A stretch of 64,000 nt of DNA from an uncultured bacterium (GCA_965372795.1 CBDVDR010000011.1:32001-96000); one strand, 5' to 3'; positions 10,124-20,146 are shown, counted from the first letter of the stretch. Program-made: numbers and translations. Notes: a model not told the origin generated them from the letters alone.

Positions 10124-10247
10124 GCAGAGAAATTGGACTTTTTCTGCACTGACTGACTGCACATGGAAGTGATATTTAATGTGTCTTTTAAAGAAACTTA
10201 ATCACATAAAATCGGAGTAAGGATACTCCACGAATTCTCAAGGAGGA
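10124..10247 (+). promoter_or_regulatory. Flagellin 5' leader with multiple CsrA-type GGA hairpins
   Basis: Hairpins 10124-10147 (loop TTGGAC), 10160-10171 (loop ATGGAA) and 10214-10229 (GGAGTA-AGGA-TACTCC), plus AAGGAGGA SD. Confidence 0.75.
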
Positions 10248-10255
10248 TTTGAAAG

Positions 10256-12460
10256 ATGTCACTTCGTATTAATCACAACTTAGCTGCAATGAATGCACAC
10301 CGTAACTTGGTCAACACAACTGAAGCTTTGTCCAAGTCAATGCAAAAACTGTCTTCTGGTTACCGTATCAACCAGGGATCTGATGATCCTGCTGGATTGG
10401 TAATTTCAGAACAGTTCCGCGCTCAAATCGCCGGTATGAACCGTGCAATTGAAAACTCAGAAGGTTCTATCAGCATGATTCAGACTGCTGAAGGAGCTCT
10501 TACTGAAATTAATAACCTGTTGGTCTCTATGAGAGAACTGGCTATTCACGCTGCTAACGAAGGCTTCAATGATGCCGACCAGTTGGCTGCTGATCAGGCA
10601 GAAATAACCAACGCGATCAAAACTATCGATCGTATTGCTGCCAACACCCAGTTTGGTACCAAAAAACTGCTTGATGGAACAAAAGAAAATGTTGCTACGA
10701 TTACATCGAACAACACTTCTGGCGTGAACTTAGGTGATTCTAATCTGAAGACCGGCAACTATTCATTGACAGCCGTTAAAACTGCCGATGCAGCTGCCTC
10801 TCTTAACACTTCAGCCTATGGTATTTCTCTTGCAAATACTGATGGCGATCCGACGAATATTGGCGAAGGTATCCACAACGTAGACGTCATCCAAGCTTCT
10901 GATGTAGCTCAAAAAGTTGGTTCTTCCATGGCTATTACCGATGCCTGGAATAACGGACTCGAAGTAGCCGGTGCTGCAACTGCCGCTGCTGTAACATCAG
11001 GTGGTACAAACTACTCCGCTGCTGTTGCTACTCATGCTGGTACTTATTCTTTCAGTATGTATTATCAGGACAGCTCTGCAGGTACTGGTCAGGCGTCTGC
11101 TCTGCAGACTTTTGATGTTAATATCCAAGCCGGTGACTCAGCCGCAACTGTAGTATCTGCAATGCAAACTGCGATAGATGGTAGTGGTGAAACGCTGGCA
11201 AATAAAGTTACAGTTTCCTCAACTGATGCTGGTGGCGGTAACTTCAGTTTTACATTTACCACAAATAGTGAAGGTGCTCAGTATTCACTGAAAACAGAAG
11301 CTTCTTCAACAACAGCTAGTGGTGGTCTTTCCTTTGCTGCAGCCAGTGACCGTGGTGCCTCTTTAGGTGTTCTTCGTTACACTACTAACACCTATGGCAC
11401 TGCCGGTACCGGTGTTATAACTAATGAAGATGTCACCGTTGCAAACGCAACTTATACTGATATGGCTACATTGGTTGGTGCAGTGAACACTGCTGTCGCC
11501 GCTGCAGGTAGCTATGATGCTAACGATCTCGTTGCTTCTGTTGGTGCCGGTGGTAACTCAATCGACATCAAAACAAAAGACGAAGGTTCATTATATTATG
11601 TCAAACAGGTTGCCACCGCAGGTGCATCTTCTGACTTGAATAATGTTCTTGGTCTTTCAGTTGATGTTCAAAACAACTTTGGTGTGGATGCCCAGGTCAG
11701 TTTTGATAATTATGTCAACAACATTAATGATGTTCGTTTTGCCCAGACTGGTACTTATACTTTGAAATCAGACGCTGATAGCTCTTCCACTCAGGCTACG
11801 ATGGATATCGTAACTGATAAAGCTTCGGCTGCTGCTGGTTCAAATGGTATTACTTTTGGTCAGATGCTTGCCACAGTTACCGGTACTAAACTTTCCGTTC
11901 GTTTGAACGGTGGTTCAGCAGTTACCGCAACTGTTGGTCAGCAATCAATAATTTACTCACCTGATAGAGAAGAATCAATTTCAGTCAATTATGCATTAAC
12001 CTCTAATGGTGGTAATGAAACTATCAGTAATACTGATCAGTCACTGGTCTTCCAGATTGGTGCAAATGTTGGTCAAACAACTCGTATTTCTATGAGAAAT
12101 ATGGCTGCATCATCATTAGGTGACGGCATTGTTGGTAATATGTTCTCAAGCCTTGCGAATATTGATGTTACCACTGCTCAAGGTGCCCAGGATGCTCAGT
12201 CAGTTATTGACGCTGCAATTAACGAAGTTTCCACAACTCGTGGTGCTCTTGGTAGTTTCCAGAAGAATACTCTGGAATCCAACTTAAGAAACCTTCGTAT
12301 TGCTGCTCAGAATCTGACAGCTTCCGAATCAATGATTCGTGATACTGATATGGCTAAAGAAATGTCAAACTTTACTAAGAACCAGATCCTTATGCAAGCC
12401 GGTACATCCATGCTTGCCCAGGCTAACCAGGTTCCTCAGTCAATCTTGTCATTATTCTAA
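10256..12460 (+). CDS. fliC: Flagellin (734 aa, large Ser/Thr/Ala/Gly-rich variable region)
   Basis: MSLRINHN..A..AHRNL, KLSSGYRIN, QTAEGAL.E; C-terminal FQIGAN, SESMIRDTDMAKEM, MLAQANQVPQSILSL. Confidence 0.98.
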   Translation: MSLRINHNLAAMNAHRNLVNTTEALSKSMQKLSSGYRINQGSDDPAGLVISEQFRAQIAGMNRAIENSEGSISMIQTAEGALTEINNLLVSMRELAIHAANEGFNDADQLAADQAEITNAIKTIDRIAANTQFGTKKLLDGTKENVATITSNNTSGVNLGDSNLKTGNYSLTAVKTADAAASLNTSAYGISLANTDGDPTNIGEGIHNVDVIQASDVAQKVGSSMAITDAWNNGLEVAGAATAAAVTSGGTNYSAAVATHAGTYSFSMYYQDSSAGTGQASALQTFDVNIQAGDSAATVVSAMQTAIDGSGETLANKVTVSSTDAGGGNFSFTFTTNSEGAQYSLKTEASSTTASGGLSFAAASDRGASLGVLRYTTNTYGTAGTGVITNEDVTVANATYTDMATLVGAVNTAVAAAGSYDANDLVASVGAGGNSIDIKTKDEGSLYYVKQVATAGASSDLNNVLGLSVDVQNNFGVDAQVSFDNYVNNINDVRFAQTGTYTLKSDADSSSTQATMDIVTDKASAAAGSNGITFGQMLATVTGTKLSVRLNGGSAVTATVGQQSIIYSPDREESISVNYALTSNGGNETISNTDQSLVFQIGANVGQTTRISMRNMAASSLGDGIVGNMFSSLANIDVTTAQGAQDAQSVIDAAINEVSTTRGALGSFQKNTLESNLRNLRIAAQNLTASESMIRDTDMAKEMSNFTKNQILMQAGTSMLAQANQVPQSILSLF

Positions 12461-12479
12461 GTCTATTATAGATGGAGAA

Positions 12480-12511
12480 TCGGGGGAAGGAATTCCTTCC
12501 CCCGAATATTT
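12480..12511 (+). terminator. Perfect 26-bp palindrome after fliC with weak U tract (terminator or mRNA stabiliser)
   Basis: TCGGGGGAAGG-AATT-CCTTCCCCCGA (12480-12505) followed by ATATTT. Confidence 0.7.
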
Positions 12512-12564
12512 GAAATGAAAATAAACATAATGACATTGAAGTCATTCTCTTACAGGAGTTAATC

Positions 12565-14910
12565 GTGCCAGGATTTAATTCAATTGATGGTCTCAGTTCT
12601 GGTCTTGATACAACAGCGATGGTTGACGCCATCATGGATTTTGAACGACGACCGGCAATATTACTCGAAGTACAACAGGCAGAAAAGCTGGCTGTTGTTT
12701 CTGCATATCAGGCCTTACAGGCAAAATTTTTAGCATTATCCTCTGATTTAAGCAATCTTGTTAAGACCAGTACTTATGAAAAAGCTACAATCGATGTTTC
12801 CGACGAATCATATTTAACAGCTGCCCGAGGCAGCCGGGTCGGAACCGGAAGTTACAATTTTCAGGTTTTAAGTTTAGCAAATAATAATCAGCTTGCCTCG
12901 CAGGGTTTTGATGATGATAGTCTGGATTCATTTGGAACGGGAGAAATTCTTTTAAAAGTAGGCGATGGGGCTGAAAAAACAATATTAATTGATACCAATA
13001 ATAATTCCTTAGTTGGAATTAAAACCGCAATCAACGAAGCTAATGCCGGTGTGACAGCATCTATAATAAATGATGGAACAAGCTCAAATTCATTTCGATT
13101 GGTATTAAGTGCTGAAAAATCAGGTAAAGAAAATGCAATTTCAATCACTTCAAATTTAGTCGATGGAAGCAACCTTAATTATTCTTCATCCTCTTTTGAT
13201 ATTCCTGAAACAATTACCAAAAATTTAAGCTCAACCTCGCAAATTTCTTTGGGAGCAACCGCAGCCTATACCGGATCTGAAAATACATCCTATACATTTA
13301 CTGTTGCAGGGTCAGGTACCCAGACAATCGGAACCGATACAATTACAATAGACTGGGTTGATGATAACAATCCGGCAAATAGTGGTTCGATTGTTGTTAC
13401 TCAGGCTGATTTTGAATATGAAGCTGTTGGTGCTGAGGGGTTGTACATGTCATTTGGATCCGGAGATTTAACCGCCGGTGATAAGTTTAAGATTGATACC
13501 TTTACGCCGCTTCTGCAAAACGCCACTGATGCTAAAATTGCTATCGGATCAGGTGATGGCTCCGGTTCGCCTATTACGGTAACCTCAAGCACAAATAGTT
13601 TTACCGATATAGTTGGCGGATTAAATTTAACCGTGAATAAACTGACTGATCCGGGAGATTCAATTACAGTTAAAACTGATGTAGATGTTAAAAGCATAAG
13701 GGATAGAATTGGATCATTCATTGCTAATTATAATAATCTGAATGAATATATAGACAAGCAAAATTCATACGATCCAGAAGCTGGGGGAGCACCGGTTCTA
13801 TTCGGTGATTTTACAGTTTGGAGAGTTCAAAACTCCATGCGAAAAAAACTGTCTTCATTGGTTCAGGGTGCTGATGGCTCATTTAACCAATTATATTCTA
13901 TTGGGATCAAAACCGATGTTAAAGGAAAATTAACGATTAGCAATAATGCAAAACTCGAAGAGTCTATTCGTAATAATCTTGATGAAGTAATTCAGTTATT
14001 TTCAAAAACCGGTGAATCCAGTACTACCGGATTAGAGTTTGTGTCAGCAACCAATAAAACTAAAGCCGGTCAAGATTTTCAGGTTGATATTACTCAGGCT
14101 GCCACTCATGGTTCATTTGAAGGTGGGACCTTGAATGATCCTGCAACTACACCTCTGATAATAGATGCTTCAAACAAAAAATTGAAATTCAAAGTAGACG
14201 GGCTTGTTTCAGGTGAAATTTCTCTTTCAGAGGGAACCTATAATACTCATCAGGATTTAGTCAATGAAATTCAAGCTCAAATATTAGCAGATTCTAAAAT
14301 TGGCAAAAGAGGTGTGACTGTCGAGTGGGTTGAAGGGGAATCCGGAAAAGGAAGCATCAAACTTACCGGTTCATCTTTTGGTATCCACTCGAAAATAGAA
14401 CTCGACACTGCAATTGCTGATTCAGCCTTTAGTCTACTCGGGTTATCATCAGGAAGTACGGTTAATGGAAAAGATGTTGTCGGAACCATAAACGGTGAAG
14501 AAGCCGAAGGCTCTGGAGTATTGCTTAAAGGCAAAGAAGGTAATGAAACAACCGAGGGTCTGGTATTAAAGGTTACCATGGATGAAGCCTCAGTTACAGA
14601 TGCTGTGGAGGGTGTAGTGTCCTATGTACAGGGGTTGGCTTCAATTCTGCAGGACGCAGTGATTAATATAACCCAAATTGATACTGGAATTATTGACAGC
14701 CGAATAACATCTTATGAAAAACAGATCGAAACAATTAAAGATCAAGTTGAGAATATTGATGAGCGACTGGCTCTAAGGAGAGAATCTCTTTATAAGAAAT
14801 TTTATGAAATGGAAACTATTTTGGGTAAATTGAATGCTCAAAGTCAATTTTTGGAAACTCAGTTTGCCGGAATAAATGGAAACTGGGGCGTTGGCAGTGA
14901 TAGAAATTAA
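12565..14910 (+). CDS. fliD: Flagellar filament cap FliD (enlarged)
   Basis: GLSSGLDT..MVDAIM..ER N-terminus; LYKKFYEMETILGKLNAQ C-terminus; GTG start with CAGGAG SD. Confidence 0.95.
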   Translation: MPGFNSIDGLSSGLDTTAMVDAIMDFERRPAILLEVQQAEKLAVVSAYQALQAKFLALSSDLSNLVKTSTYEKATIDVSDESYLTAARGSRVGTGSYNFQVLSLANNNQLASQGFDDDSLDSFGTGEILLKVGDGAEKTILIDTNNNSLVGIKTAINEANAGVTASIINDGTSSNSFRLVLSAEKSGKENAISITSNLVDGSNLNYSSSSFDIPETITKNLSSTSQISLGATAAYTGSENTSYTFTVAGSGTQTIGTDTITIDWVDDNNPANSGSIVVTQADFEYEAVGAEGLYMSFGSGDLTAGDKFKIDTFTPLLQNATDAKIAIGSGDGSGSPITVTSSTNSFTDIVGGLNLTVNKLTDPGDSITVKTDVDVKSIRDRIGSFIANYNNLNEYIDKQNSYDPEAGGAPVLFGDFTVWRVQNSMRKKLSSLVQGADGSFNQLYSIGIKTDVKGKLTISNNAKLEESIRNNLDEVIQLFSKTGESSTTGLEFVSATNKTKAGQDFQVDITQAATHGSFEGGTLNDPATTPLIIDASNKKLKFKVDGLVSGEISLSEGTYNTHQDLVNEIQAQILADSKIGKRGVTVEWVEGESGKGSIKLTGSSFGIHSKIELDTAIADSAFSLLGLSSGSTVNGKDVVGTINGEEAEGSGVLLKGKEGNETTEGLVLKVTMDEASVTDAVEGVVSYVQGLASILQDAVINITQIDTGIIDSRITSYEKQIETIKDQVENIDERLALRRESLYKKFYEMETILGKLNAQSQFLETQFAGINGNWGVGSDRN

Positions 14911-14935
14911 ATTTAAATGATACATAGGAGTAATC

Positions 14936-15370
14936 ATGGAAGACAAAGTAGCAGCTTATAGGAATATTGACACTCAGGGGAAATCACAAATAGAACTGAT
15001 TCTTCAAGTATATGACGGGGCGATTTCAAATTTAAATAGTGCAAAAAAACATTATGAAAATCTTGAAAATCAAGAAGGTTTTGAATCAATTGACAAAGCT
15101 CGTAAATTTGTCACCCACTTGTACACGACCTTAAATCCTGAAAAAGGTGGGGATATCGCAAAAAATTTAGGCAAATTATATGCTTTTATTATCAATCAAT
15201 GCAGTTTGATAGAAGCTACCAAAGAATCAGCGCAAATTGACGATATTATTATTGTATTGAATAATTTAAAAGAGGGTTGGGTTGGTATTAAAGATCAGCA
15301 GAATAATAGTAATTCTGTGAATCCAAACGACTCAAAACCCAAAGCAACTAAGCTGTCAATTACCGGGTAA
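14936..15370 (+). CDS. fliS: Flagellin chaperone FliS
   Basis: AY...LILQVYDGAI, L..EKGGDIAKNL..LY.F, LKEGW. Confidence 0.95.
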   Translation: MEDKVAAYRNIDTQGKSQIELILQVYDGAISNLNSAKKHYENLENQEGFESIDKARKFVTHLYTTLNPEKGGDIAKNLGKLYAFIINQCSLIEATKESAQIDDIIIVLNNLKEGWVGIKDQQNNSNSVNPNDSKPKATKLSITG

Positions 15371-15376
15371 GGAATT

Positions 15377-15829
15377 ATGAATTTTACCAATATTGAACAA
15401 CTCGAACGGGAACTTCTTTTTACATTAAAAGAAGAATTTTCATTTTATCAGTCATTGTACATCATGCTGGATAAACAGCGTGATGTAATGAAATATGATA
15501 AAGACGATAATATACTTGATCTTTTTGCAGAGATTGAACGGTGTTATAAGCGGATAAAAAAATCTGAAGAAAAAATTTCTGAGATGAAAGAGAAAAATCC
15601 TCAGATTTTTAAATTAGCAACCGCTTTGCCCGATGTAAAAAAGATTGTTAACAGTATCGCAACTTTGGTTAAGAAAAACATCAATCTCGTAAACGAGAGC
15701 GAACAATATATGAGAGGGCGGTACGAACGGATAAAAACTGAAATGGGTGACTTAAAAAACAGCAGTAAAATATTGCAGTATATGTCGGATGCGCCGATAA
15801 ACCCTCAGTTTATAGATGGGAAAAAATAG
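15377..15829 (+). CDS. FliT/FlgN-like flagellar chaperone (putative)
   Basis: 150-aa all-helical protein in the fliT position after fliD-fliS; ends FIDGKK. Confidence 0.55.
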   Translation: MNFTNIEQLERELLFTLKEEFSFYQSLYIMLDKQRDVMKYDKDDNILDLFAEIERCYKRIKKSEEKISEMKEKNPQIFKLATALPDVKKIVNSIATLVKKNINLVNESEQYMRGRYERIKTEMGDLKNSSKILQYMSDAPINPQFIDGKK

Positions 15830-15878
15830 GAAATTGTTAAATCGCACACCTTTAAAATAGGAACGAAAAGGTGATATT

Positions 15879-16226
15879 ATGAAAATAGGATTTATTGGAC
15901 GTGATCCAGTCAGTAGCCAAAACTCAGAGAGTCTGAGAAAGGAAACTAAAACCGAAACAAATAACGGAGAGCCAAAGAAAAAAATATCTCTGAAAGAATT
16001 GTCGAAAACTGTTGATGAATTTAAAAGAACTTCAGAGGTAAATAAAGAAGATGATAAAATTATCTCTTCTATTTACTCAAAAAATGAGATTAGCAACAAA
16101 GAAACCAATCATGAAAAAAGGCTGGGATCAATTAAGCAGAAAATTACCGATGGGTTTTACGAACAAAACGATATTATAAAAATAGTTGCTGATAAATTAG
16201 CAGATAAATTTGAAAACGATATATAA
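15879..16226 (+). CDS. flgM: FlgM-like anti-sigma28 factor (putative)
   Basis: MKI start, low-complexity N-half, C-terminal KRLGSIKQKITDGFY...VADKL resembling the FlgM sigma-binding helices; no flgM in the usual place before flgN. Confidence 0.6.
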   Translation: MKIGFIGRDPVSSQNSESLRKETKTETNNGEPKKKISLKELSKTVDEFKRTSEVNKEDDKIISSIYSKNEISNKETNHEKRLGSIKQKITDGFYEQNDIIKIVADKLADKFENDI

Positions 16227-16243
16227 CGGAGATTCTCGACAAG

Positions 16244-17131
16244 ATGGATGTTGCAACAGTTGATAATAAAGTAAAACAAGTTGTCTCGAATATCAGAAAC
16301 TTGCCTACTCCTCCAATTGTTTTTCACCAGATTCAAAAAGTGATGAACGATCCCAATGTATCGGCAACTCATGTTGCTGCTATTTTGGCGGAAGATCCAG
16401 CGATGTCAGTTAAAGTATTAAAACTTACAAACTCGGCATTTTACGGTTTGGCAAGAGAAATCGATTCGGTGAAACATGCTGTCGTAATTGTTGGTCTGGA
16501 TGCTATTAAAAATCTGGTGCTGTCAGCTTCAGTTCTTGATATGTTTAAAGGAAAAGAAATTGATCAGGAATTTCATGAAAAACATTGGCGCCATTCATTA
16601 GCTACCGGTTTTTGTTGTCGAATCTTAGCAAAAAAACTAAGATCTCGTGGAATGATAAGTCCTGATTCTGCTTTCTCAAGCGGCTTATTGCATGATATTG
16701 GTAAAATAGTTATATCAATGTTTCTGCCGAATGAATGTCAACTTGTTAAAAATGAACGAGAAAATGATACTCAATCAGCGGATTATGAAATTGAAGAGAA
16801 AGTTCTTGGGTATAATCACGCTCAAATCGGAGGAATATTGGCAATGCAATGGAAATTACCTTCACTATTGGGTGAATCTATATCATTTCACCATCAACCT
16901 CAATTAAGTGAAGCCCAGAATCCGACTCCATATATTGTAAATATTGCTAATCATATTGCAAAGATGACGTTTTACGAAAGAGATGAAAAACATCTTATTG
17001 GAACATTAGATCCTCAAATTAAAGAATATATGGAATTCGATGACTCTTTGGTTGAAGAAGTAATTGAGCTTTTAAGAGAAGAATACTCAAAATCTGAGAC
17101 ATTTATGCAAATGGCTGGAATTAGTGATTAA
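16244..17131 (+). CDS. Stand-alone HDOD domain protein
   Basis: LPTPP, DPAMSVKVLKLTNSAFYG, GLLHDIGK, LGYNHAQIG, W.LP, HH.P. Confidence 0.92.
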   Translation: MDVATVDNKVKQVVSNIRNLPTPPIVFHQIQKVMNDPNVSATHVAAILAEDPAMSVKVLKLTNSAFYGLAREIDSVKHAVVIVGLDAIKNLVLSASVLDMFKGKEIDQEFHEKHWRHSLATGFCCRILAKKLRSRGMISPDSAFSSGLLHDIGKIVISMFLPNECQLVKNERENDTQSADYEIEEKVLGYNHAQIGGILAMQWKLPSLLGESISFHHQPQLSEAQNPTPYIVNIANHIAKMTFYERDEKHLIGTLDPQIKEYMEFDDSLVEEVIELLREEYSKSETFMQMAGISD

Positions 17132-17168
17132 ATTTCCTCTAAGTCATTAAAATATATCAAAATTGGTC

Positions 17169-17197
17169 TTGACAACAAACCAATACTCGCCTATTAT
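17169..17197 (+). promoter_or_regulatory. sigma70 promoter for tRNA-Val/thrS operon
   Basis: TTGACA(17169-17174)-N17-TATTAT(17192-17197). Confidence 0.8.
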
Positions 17198-17234
17198 TAG
17201 AGGCTTCGGCTCAACAGCTAAGCTGTTTTGATGT

Positions 17235-17311
17235 GGGCGATTAGCTCAGTTGGTTAGAGTACTTGCTTGACATGCAAGGAGTCACTGGTTCAATTCCAGT
17301 ATCGCCCACCA
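17235..17311 (+). tRNA. tRNA-Val(GAC)
   Basis: Acceptor GGGCGAT/ATCGCCC, D arm GCTC-AGTTGGTTA-GAGT, anticodon arm CTTGC-TTGACAT-GCAAG, T arm ACTGG-TTCAATT-CCAGT, encoded CCA; 77 nt. Confidence 0.98.
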
Positions 17312-17320
17312 TAAATTAGA

Positions 17321-17360
17321 GCGGATTCTTAAGGCAAGAGTTGTCTTGAATCCGCGTTTT
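17321..17360 (+). terminator. Hairpin with short T tract between tRNA and thrS
   Basis: GCGGATTC..AAGGCAA-GAG-TTGTCTT-GAATCCGC then GTTTT. Confidence 0.55.
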
Positions 17361-17378
17361 AAGTATTTAAGAGGTTTT

Positions 17379-19295
17379 ATGGCAGTTGCACAAATTAATC
17401 TACCCGATGGTTCCTCGAGGAGTTTCGAGCAAAATGTGACCGGGTACGAATTGGCAAAATCAATCTCGCATGGACTTGCCAAAGCTGCATTAGCAGTTAA
17501 GGTAGATGGCGAGATACGCAATTTAAACGCTGATCTTCCCAATGGTTCAACGGTTGAAATTCTCACTTTCAATAATCCGGAAGGTAAAGAAGTTTTCTGG
17601 CATTCGAGCTCTCACATCATGGCTCAAGCAGTCCATGAAGTTTTCCCAGGAACCAAACTTGCCATTGGTCCGCCAATCAGTGAAGGCTGGTACTATGATT
17701 TTGAAGTAGAGAAGCCGTTCACTCCTGAAGATTTAGTTAAAATCGAAAAAAAGATGGCGGAAATTATTAAAGAAAATGATGAGTTTCGCTATGAGGTTAA
17801 AAACCGTCTTGAATCAATTGAATATTTCAAATCAAAAAATGCTAACTATAAAGTTGAACTTTTAGAAGGCATCGAAGGCGACGAAGTTACATTTTATTAT
17901 CATTCACGTTTCGAAGATCTCTGTCGTGGACCACATCTGCCAAAAACAGGTTTTGTAAAAGCTTTCAAACTGATATCAACATCGGGTGCTTACTGGCGGG
18001 GTGATGAAAAACGGACTATGCTCCAGAGAATTTACGGTGTCTCATATCCTAAAAAAGTGATGCTTGAAGAATATCTTACACGTCTTGAAGAAGCAAAAAA
18101 ACGTGACCACCGAATTCTTGGAAAGCAGTTGGAATTATATACTGTTAACGATGAAGTCGGAGCCGGCTTAATACTTTGGCTTCCCAAAGGTGCTCGTATT
18201 AGAAATGAAATAGAAAATTTCTGGCGGGAAGAACATCTCAAATCCGGATACGAATTAGTCTATTCACCTCATATCGCTAATCGTAAAATGTGGGACAAGA
18301 GCGGACACACCGATTTTTACAGCGATGATATGTTTGGACCGATTGAAGTTGAAAACCAGATGTTTCAGCTCAAACCAATGAATTGTCCGTTCCATATTTA
18401 TATGTATAAATCCCGTATGTGGTCATACCGTGATTTGCCGCTTCGCTGGGCAGAACTGGGAACTGTTTATAGATATGAAAAATCTGGGGTGCTTCATGGA
18501 CTGATGCGGGTTCGCGGATTTACTCAAGACGATGCCCATCACTTTGTGGCTCAGGAGAATATGGAAGAAGAGCTGGTTTGGCTTCTTGATTTCTGTACTC
18601 ATATTCTGAGTGCATTCGGTTTTTCAAATTATGACATTTTCCTGTCAACCAGACCTGAAAAAGCGATTGGTGATATTGAAGACTGGGACAGGGCCGAAGC
18701 TGGTCTTAAATCTGCTTTAGAAAAAGCTGACCTTGAATATCAGGTTGATGAGGGCGGCGGAGCCTTTTATGGTCCCAAAATTGACATTAAAATTAAAGAT
18801 GCTTTGAATCGCAGCTGGCAATGTTCGACTATTCAGTTCGATTTTTCCTTGCCGGAACGGTTCAATATACATTATATTGATTCAGAAGGTAAACAGCGAC
18901 GCCCGTATATGATACATAGGGCATTACTAGGATCTATCGAGAGATTTTTCGGTATTCTAATAGAGCATTATTCCGGGAATTTCCCGTTATGGTTGGCTCC
19001 TGTGCAGATAAAAGTTCTGCCAATAACCGATAGCTCTATTGATTATGCTGCTGAAGTTGCCAAGAAACTCAGGAGTGAAAATTTCCGGGTACAAGTTGAC
19101 AACCGTTCTGAAAAAATTGGTGCTAAGATCAGAGATGCTGAGCTTTTAAAAGTACCATATATGCTGATTGTCGGATCTAAAGAGGTTGAGTCAAACTCAG
19201 TCTCATTGCGCAAGCATGGTGCTGGCGATCAGGGAAGTAAAACTGTTGAGGAATGTCTTACTTTATTCTCAGAAGAAATAAAGAATAAGGCATAA
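17379..19295 (+). CDS. thrS: Threonine--tRNA ligase
   Basis: TGS domain, HSSSH editing motif, DLCRGPH, KPMNCP, RVRGFTQDDAH, FYGPKID, HRA..GS.ERF; ATG 17379 with GAGG SD. Confidence 0.99.
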   Translation: MAVAQINLPDGSSRSFEQNVTGYELAKSISHGLAKAALAVKVDGEIRNLNADLPNGSTVEILTFNNPEGKEVFWHSSSHIMAQAVHEVFPGTKLAIGPPISEGWYYDFEVEKPFTPEDLVKIEKKMAEIIKENDEFRYEVKNRLESIEYFKSKNANYKVELLEGIEGDEVTFYYHSRFEDLCRGPHLPKTGFVKAFKLISTSGAYWRGDEKRTMLQRIYGVSYPKKVMLEEYLTRLEEAKKRDHRILGKQLELYTVNDEVGAGLILWLPKGARIRNEIENFWREEHLKSGYELVYSPHIANRKMWDKSGHTDFYSDDMFGPIEVENQMFQLKPMNCPFHIYMYKSRMWSYRDLPLRWAELGTVYRYEKSGVLHGLMRVRGFTQDDAHHFVAQENMEEELVWLLDFCTHILSAFGFSNYDIFLSTRPEKAIGDIEDWDRAEAGLKSALEKADLEYQVDEGGGAFYGPKIDIKIKDALNRSWQCSTIQFDFSLPERFNIHYIDSEGKQRRPYMIHRALLGSIERFFGILIEHYSGNFPLWLAPVQIKVLPITDSSIDYAAEVAKKLRSENFRVQVDNRSEKIGAKIRDAELLKVPYMLIVGSKEVESNSVSLRKHGAGDQGSKTVEECLTLFSEEIKNKA

Positions 19296-19322
19296 CCTTA
19301 ATTTTGATTATAGGAGGATTTC

Positions 19323-19952
19323 ATAGCCAATAAGAGCCATCGGGTTAATCGCCTGATAAGAGTTTCACCGGTTAGACTGATCGGTCCGGAAGGCGAACAA
19401 CTGGGAATTTTACCGGTTGATGATGCCATCAAAAGAGCTATAGATGCCGGACTTGATTTGGTGGAAGTTTCGCCAAACAGCAGACCACCGGTCTGTCGTA
19501 TTCTTGATTATGGCAAATTCAAATATGAAATTGCTAAAAAAGATAAAATGGCGAGAAAAAGACAACACAATCAGCAAATGAAAGAGATGCGTTATCGACC
19601 TAAAATTGATGAACATGACTTTCAATTTAAAACGAAACACGTAAGAGAATTTTTGCTCTCGGGCAACAAAGTTAAAGCCTTTGTAATGTTTCGGGGTAGA
19701 GAAATGGCGTATCAGGAATTTGGTGAAAAAGTTTTAATACGACTCGTGAAAGAACTTGACGAGATTGCTGTTGTTGAAGTGAAACCAAAAATGGAAGGAA
19801 GAAATATGAATATGATTTTATGTCCTTCTGCTGAGGTTATGAATCAACTGAAGAAAAGCAAAGTCTATGACAAAGATGCTTCTAAACCCAAAACAGAAGC
19901 AAATACTGAGAAAAATGATAAAAAAGAAGAAATTGAAATAGAGGAATCCTGA
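19323..19952 (+). CDS. infC: Translation initiation factor IF-3 (non-canonical ATA start)
   Basis: Frame extends upstream of 19458 through [23 protein letters not shown] to ATA 19323, 5 nt after [25 protein letters not shown]. Confidence 0.95.
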   Translation: MANKSHRVNRLIRVSPVRLIGPEGEQLGILPVDDAIKRAIDAGLDLVEVSPNSRPPVCRILDYGKFKYEIAKKDKMARKRQHNQQMKEMRYRPKIDEHDFQFKTKHVREFLLSGNKVKAFVMFRGREMAYQEFGEKVLIRLVKELDEIAVVEVKPKMEGRNMNMILCPSAEVMNQLKKSKVYDKDASKPKTEANTEKNDKKEEIEIEES

Positions 19953-20146
19953 TGCCAAAGATGAAAACAAGACGTGGCGCTGCTAAAAGGTTCAAGAAAA
20001 CTGCAACCGGAAAGATCAAGCGTAGCAAAGCTTTCAAAAGCCACATCATGACCAAAATGAGTCCAAAAAGAACCCGTGATTTGCGTAAATCAACATTAGT
20101 CTCTCCTTCGGATATGAAGCGGGTTGAACGGATGTTGCCTTACTAA
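19952..20146 (+). CDS. rpmI: 50S ribosomal protein L35
   Basis: [21 protein letters not shown]; between infC and rplT. Confidence 0.98.
   Translation: MPKMKTRRGAAKRFKKTATGKIKRSKAFKSHIMTKMSPKRTRDLRKSTLVSPSDMKRVERMLPY

Noticed and set aside
10149..10159. CTGA short tandem repeat in the fliC leader
   Set aside because: Fewer than three full copies; expected by chance
15793..15800. GCCGATAA upstream of the FlgM-like gene as a sigma28 promoter
   Set aside because: No TAAA at 15-16 nt spacing (TGCA/TTGC there) and it lies in coding sequence; cannot be supported
17235..17311. tRNA as an integration site for an island
   Set aside because: No integrase and no duplicated tRNA 3' end seen in the window
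17321..17360. thrS leader hairpin as tRNA-Thr anticodon mimic or T-box
   Set aside because: The central loop triplet is GAG, not NGU in anticodon position; the leader is far too short for a T-box
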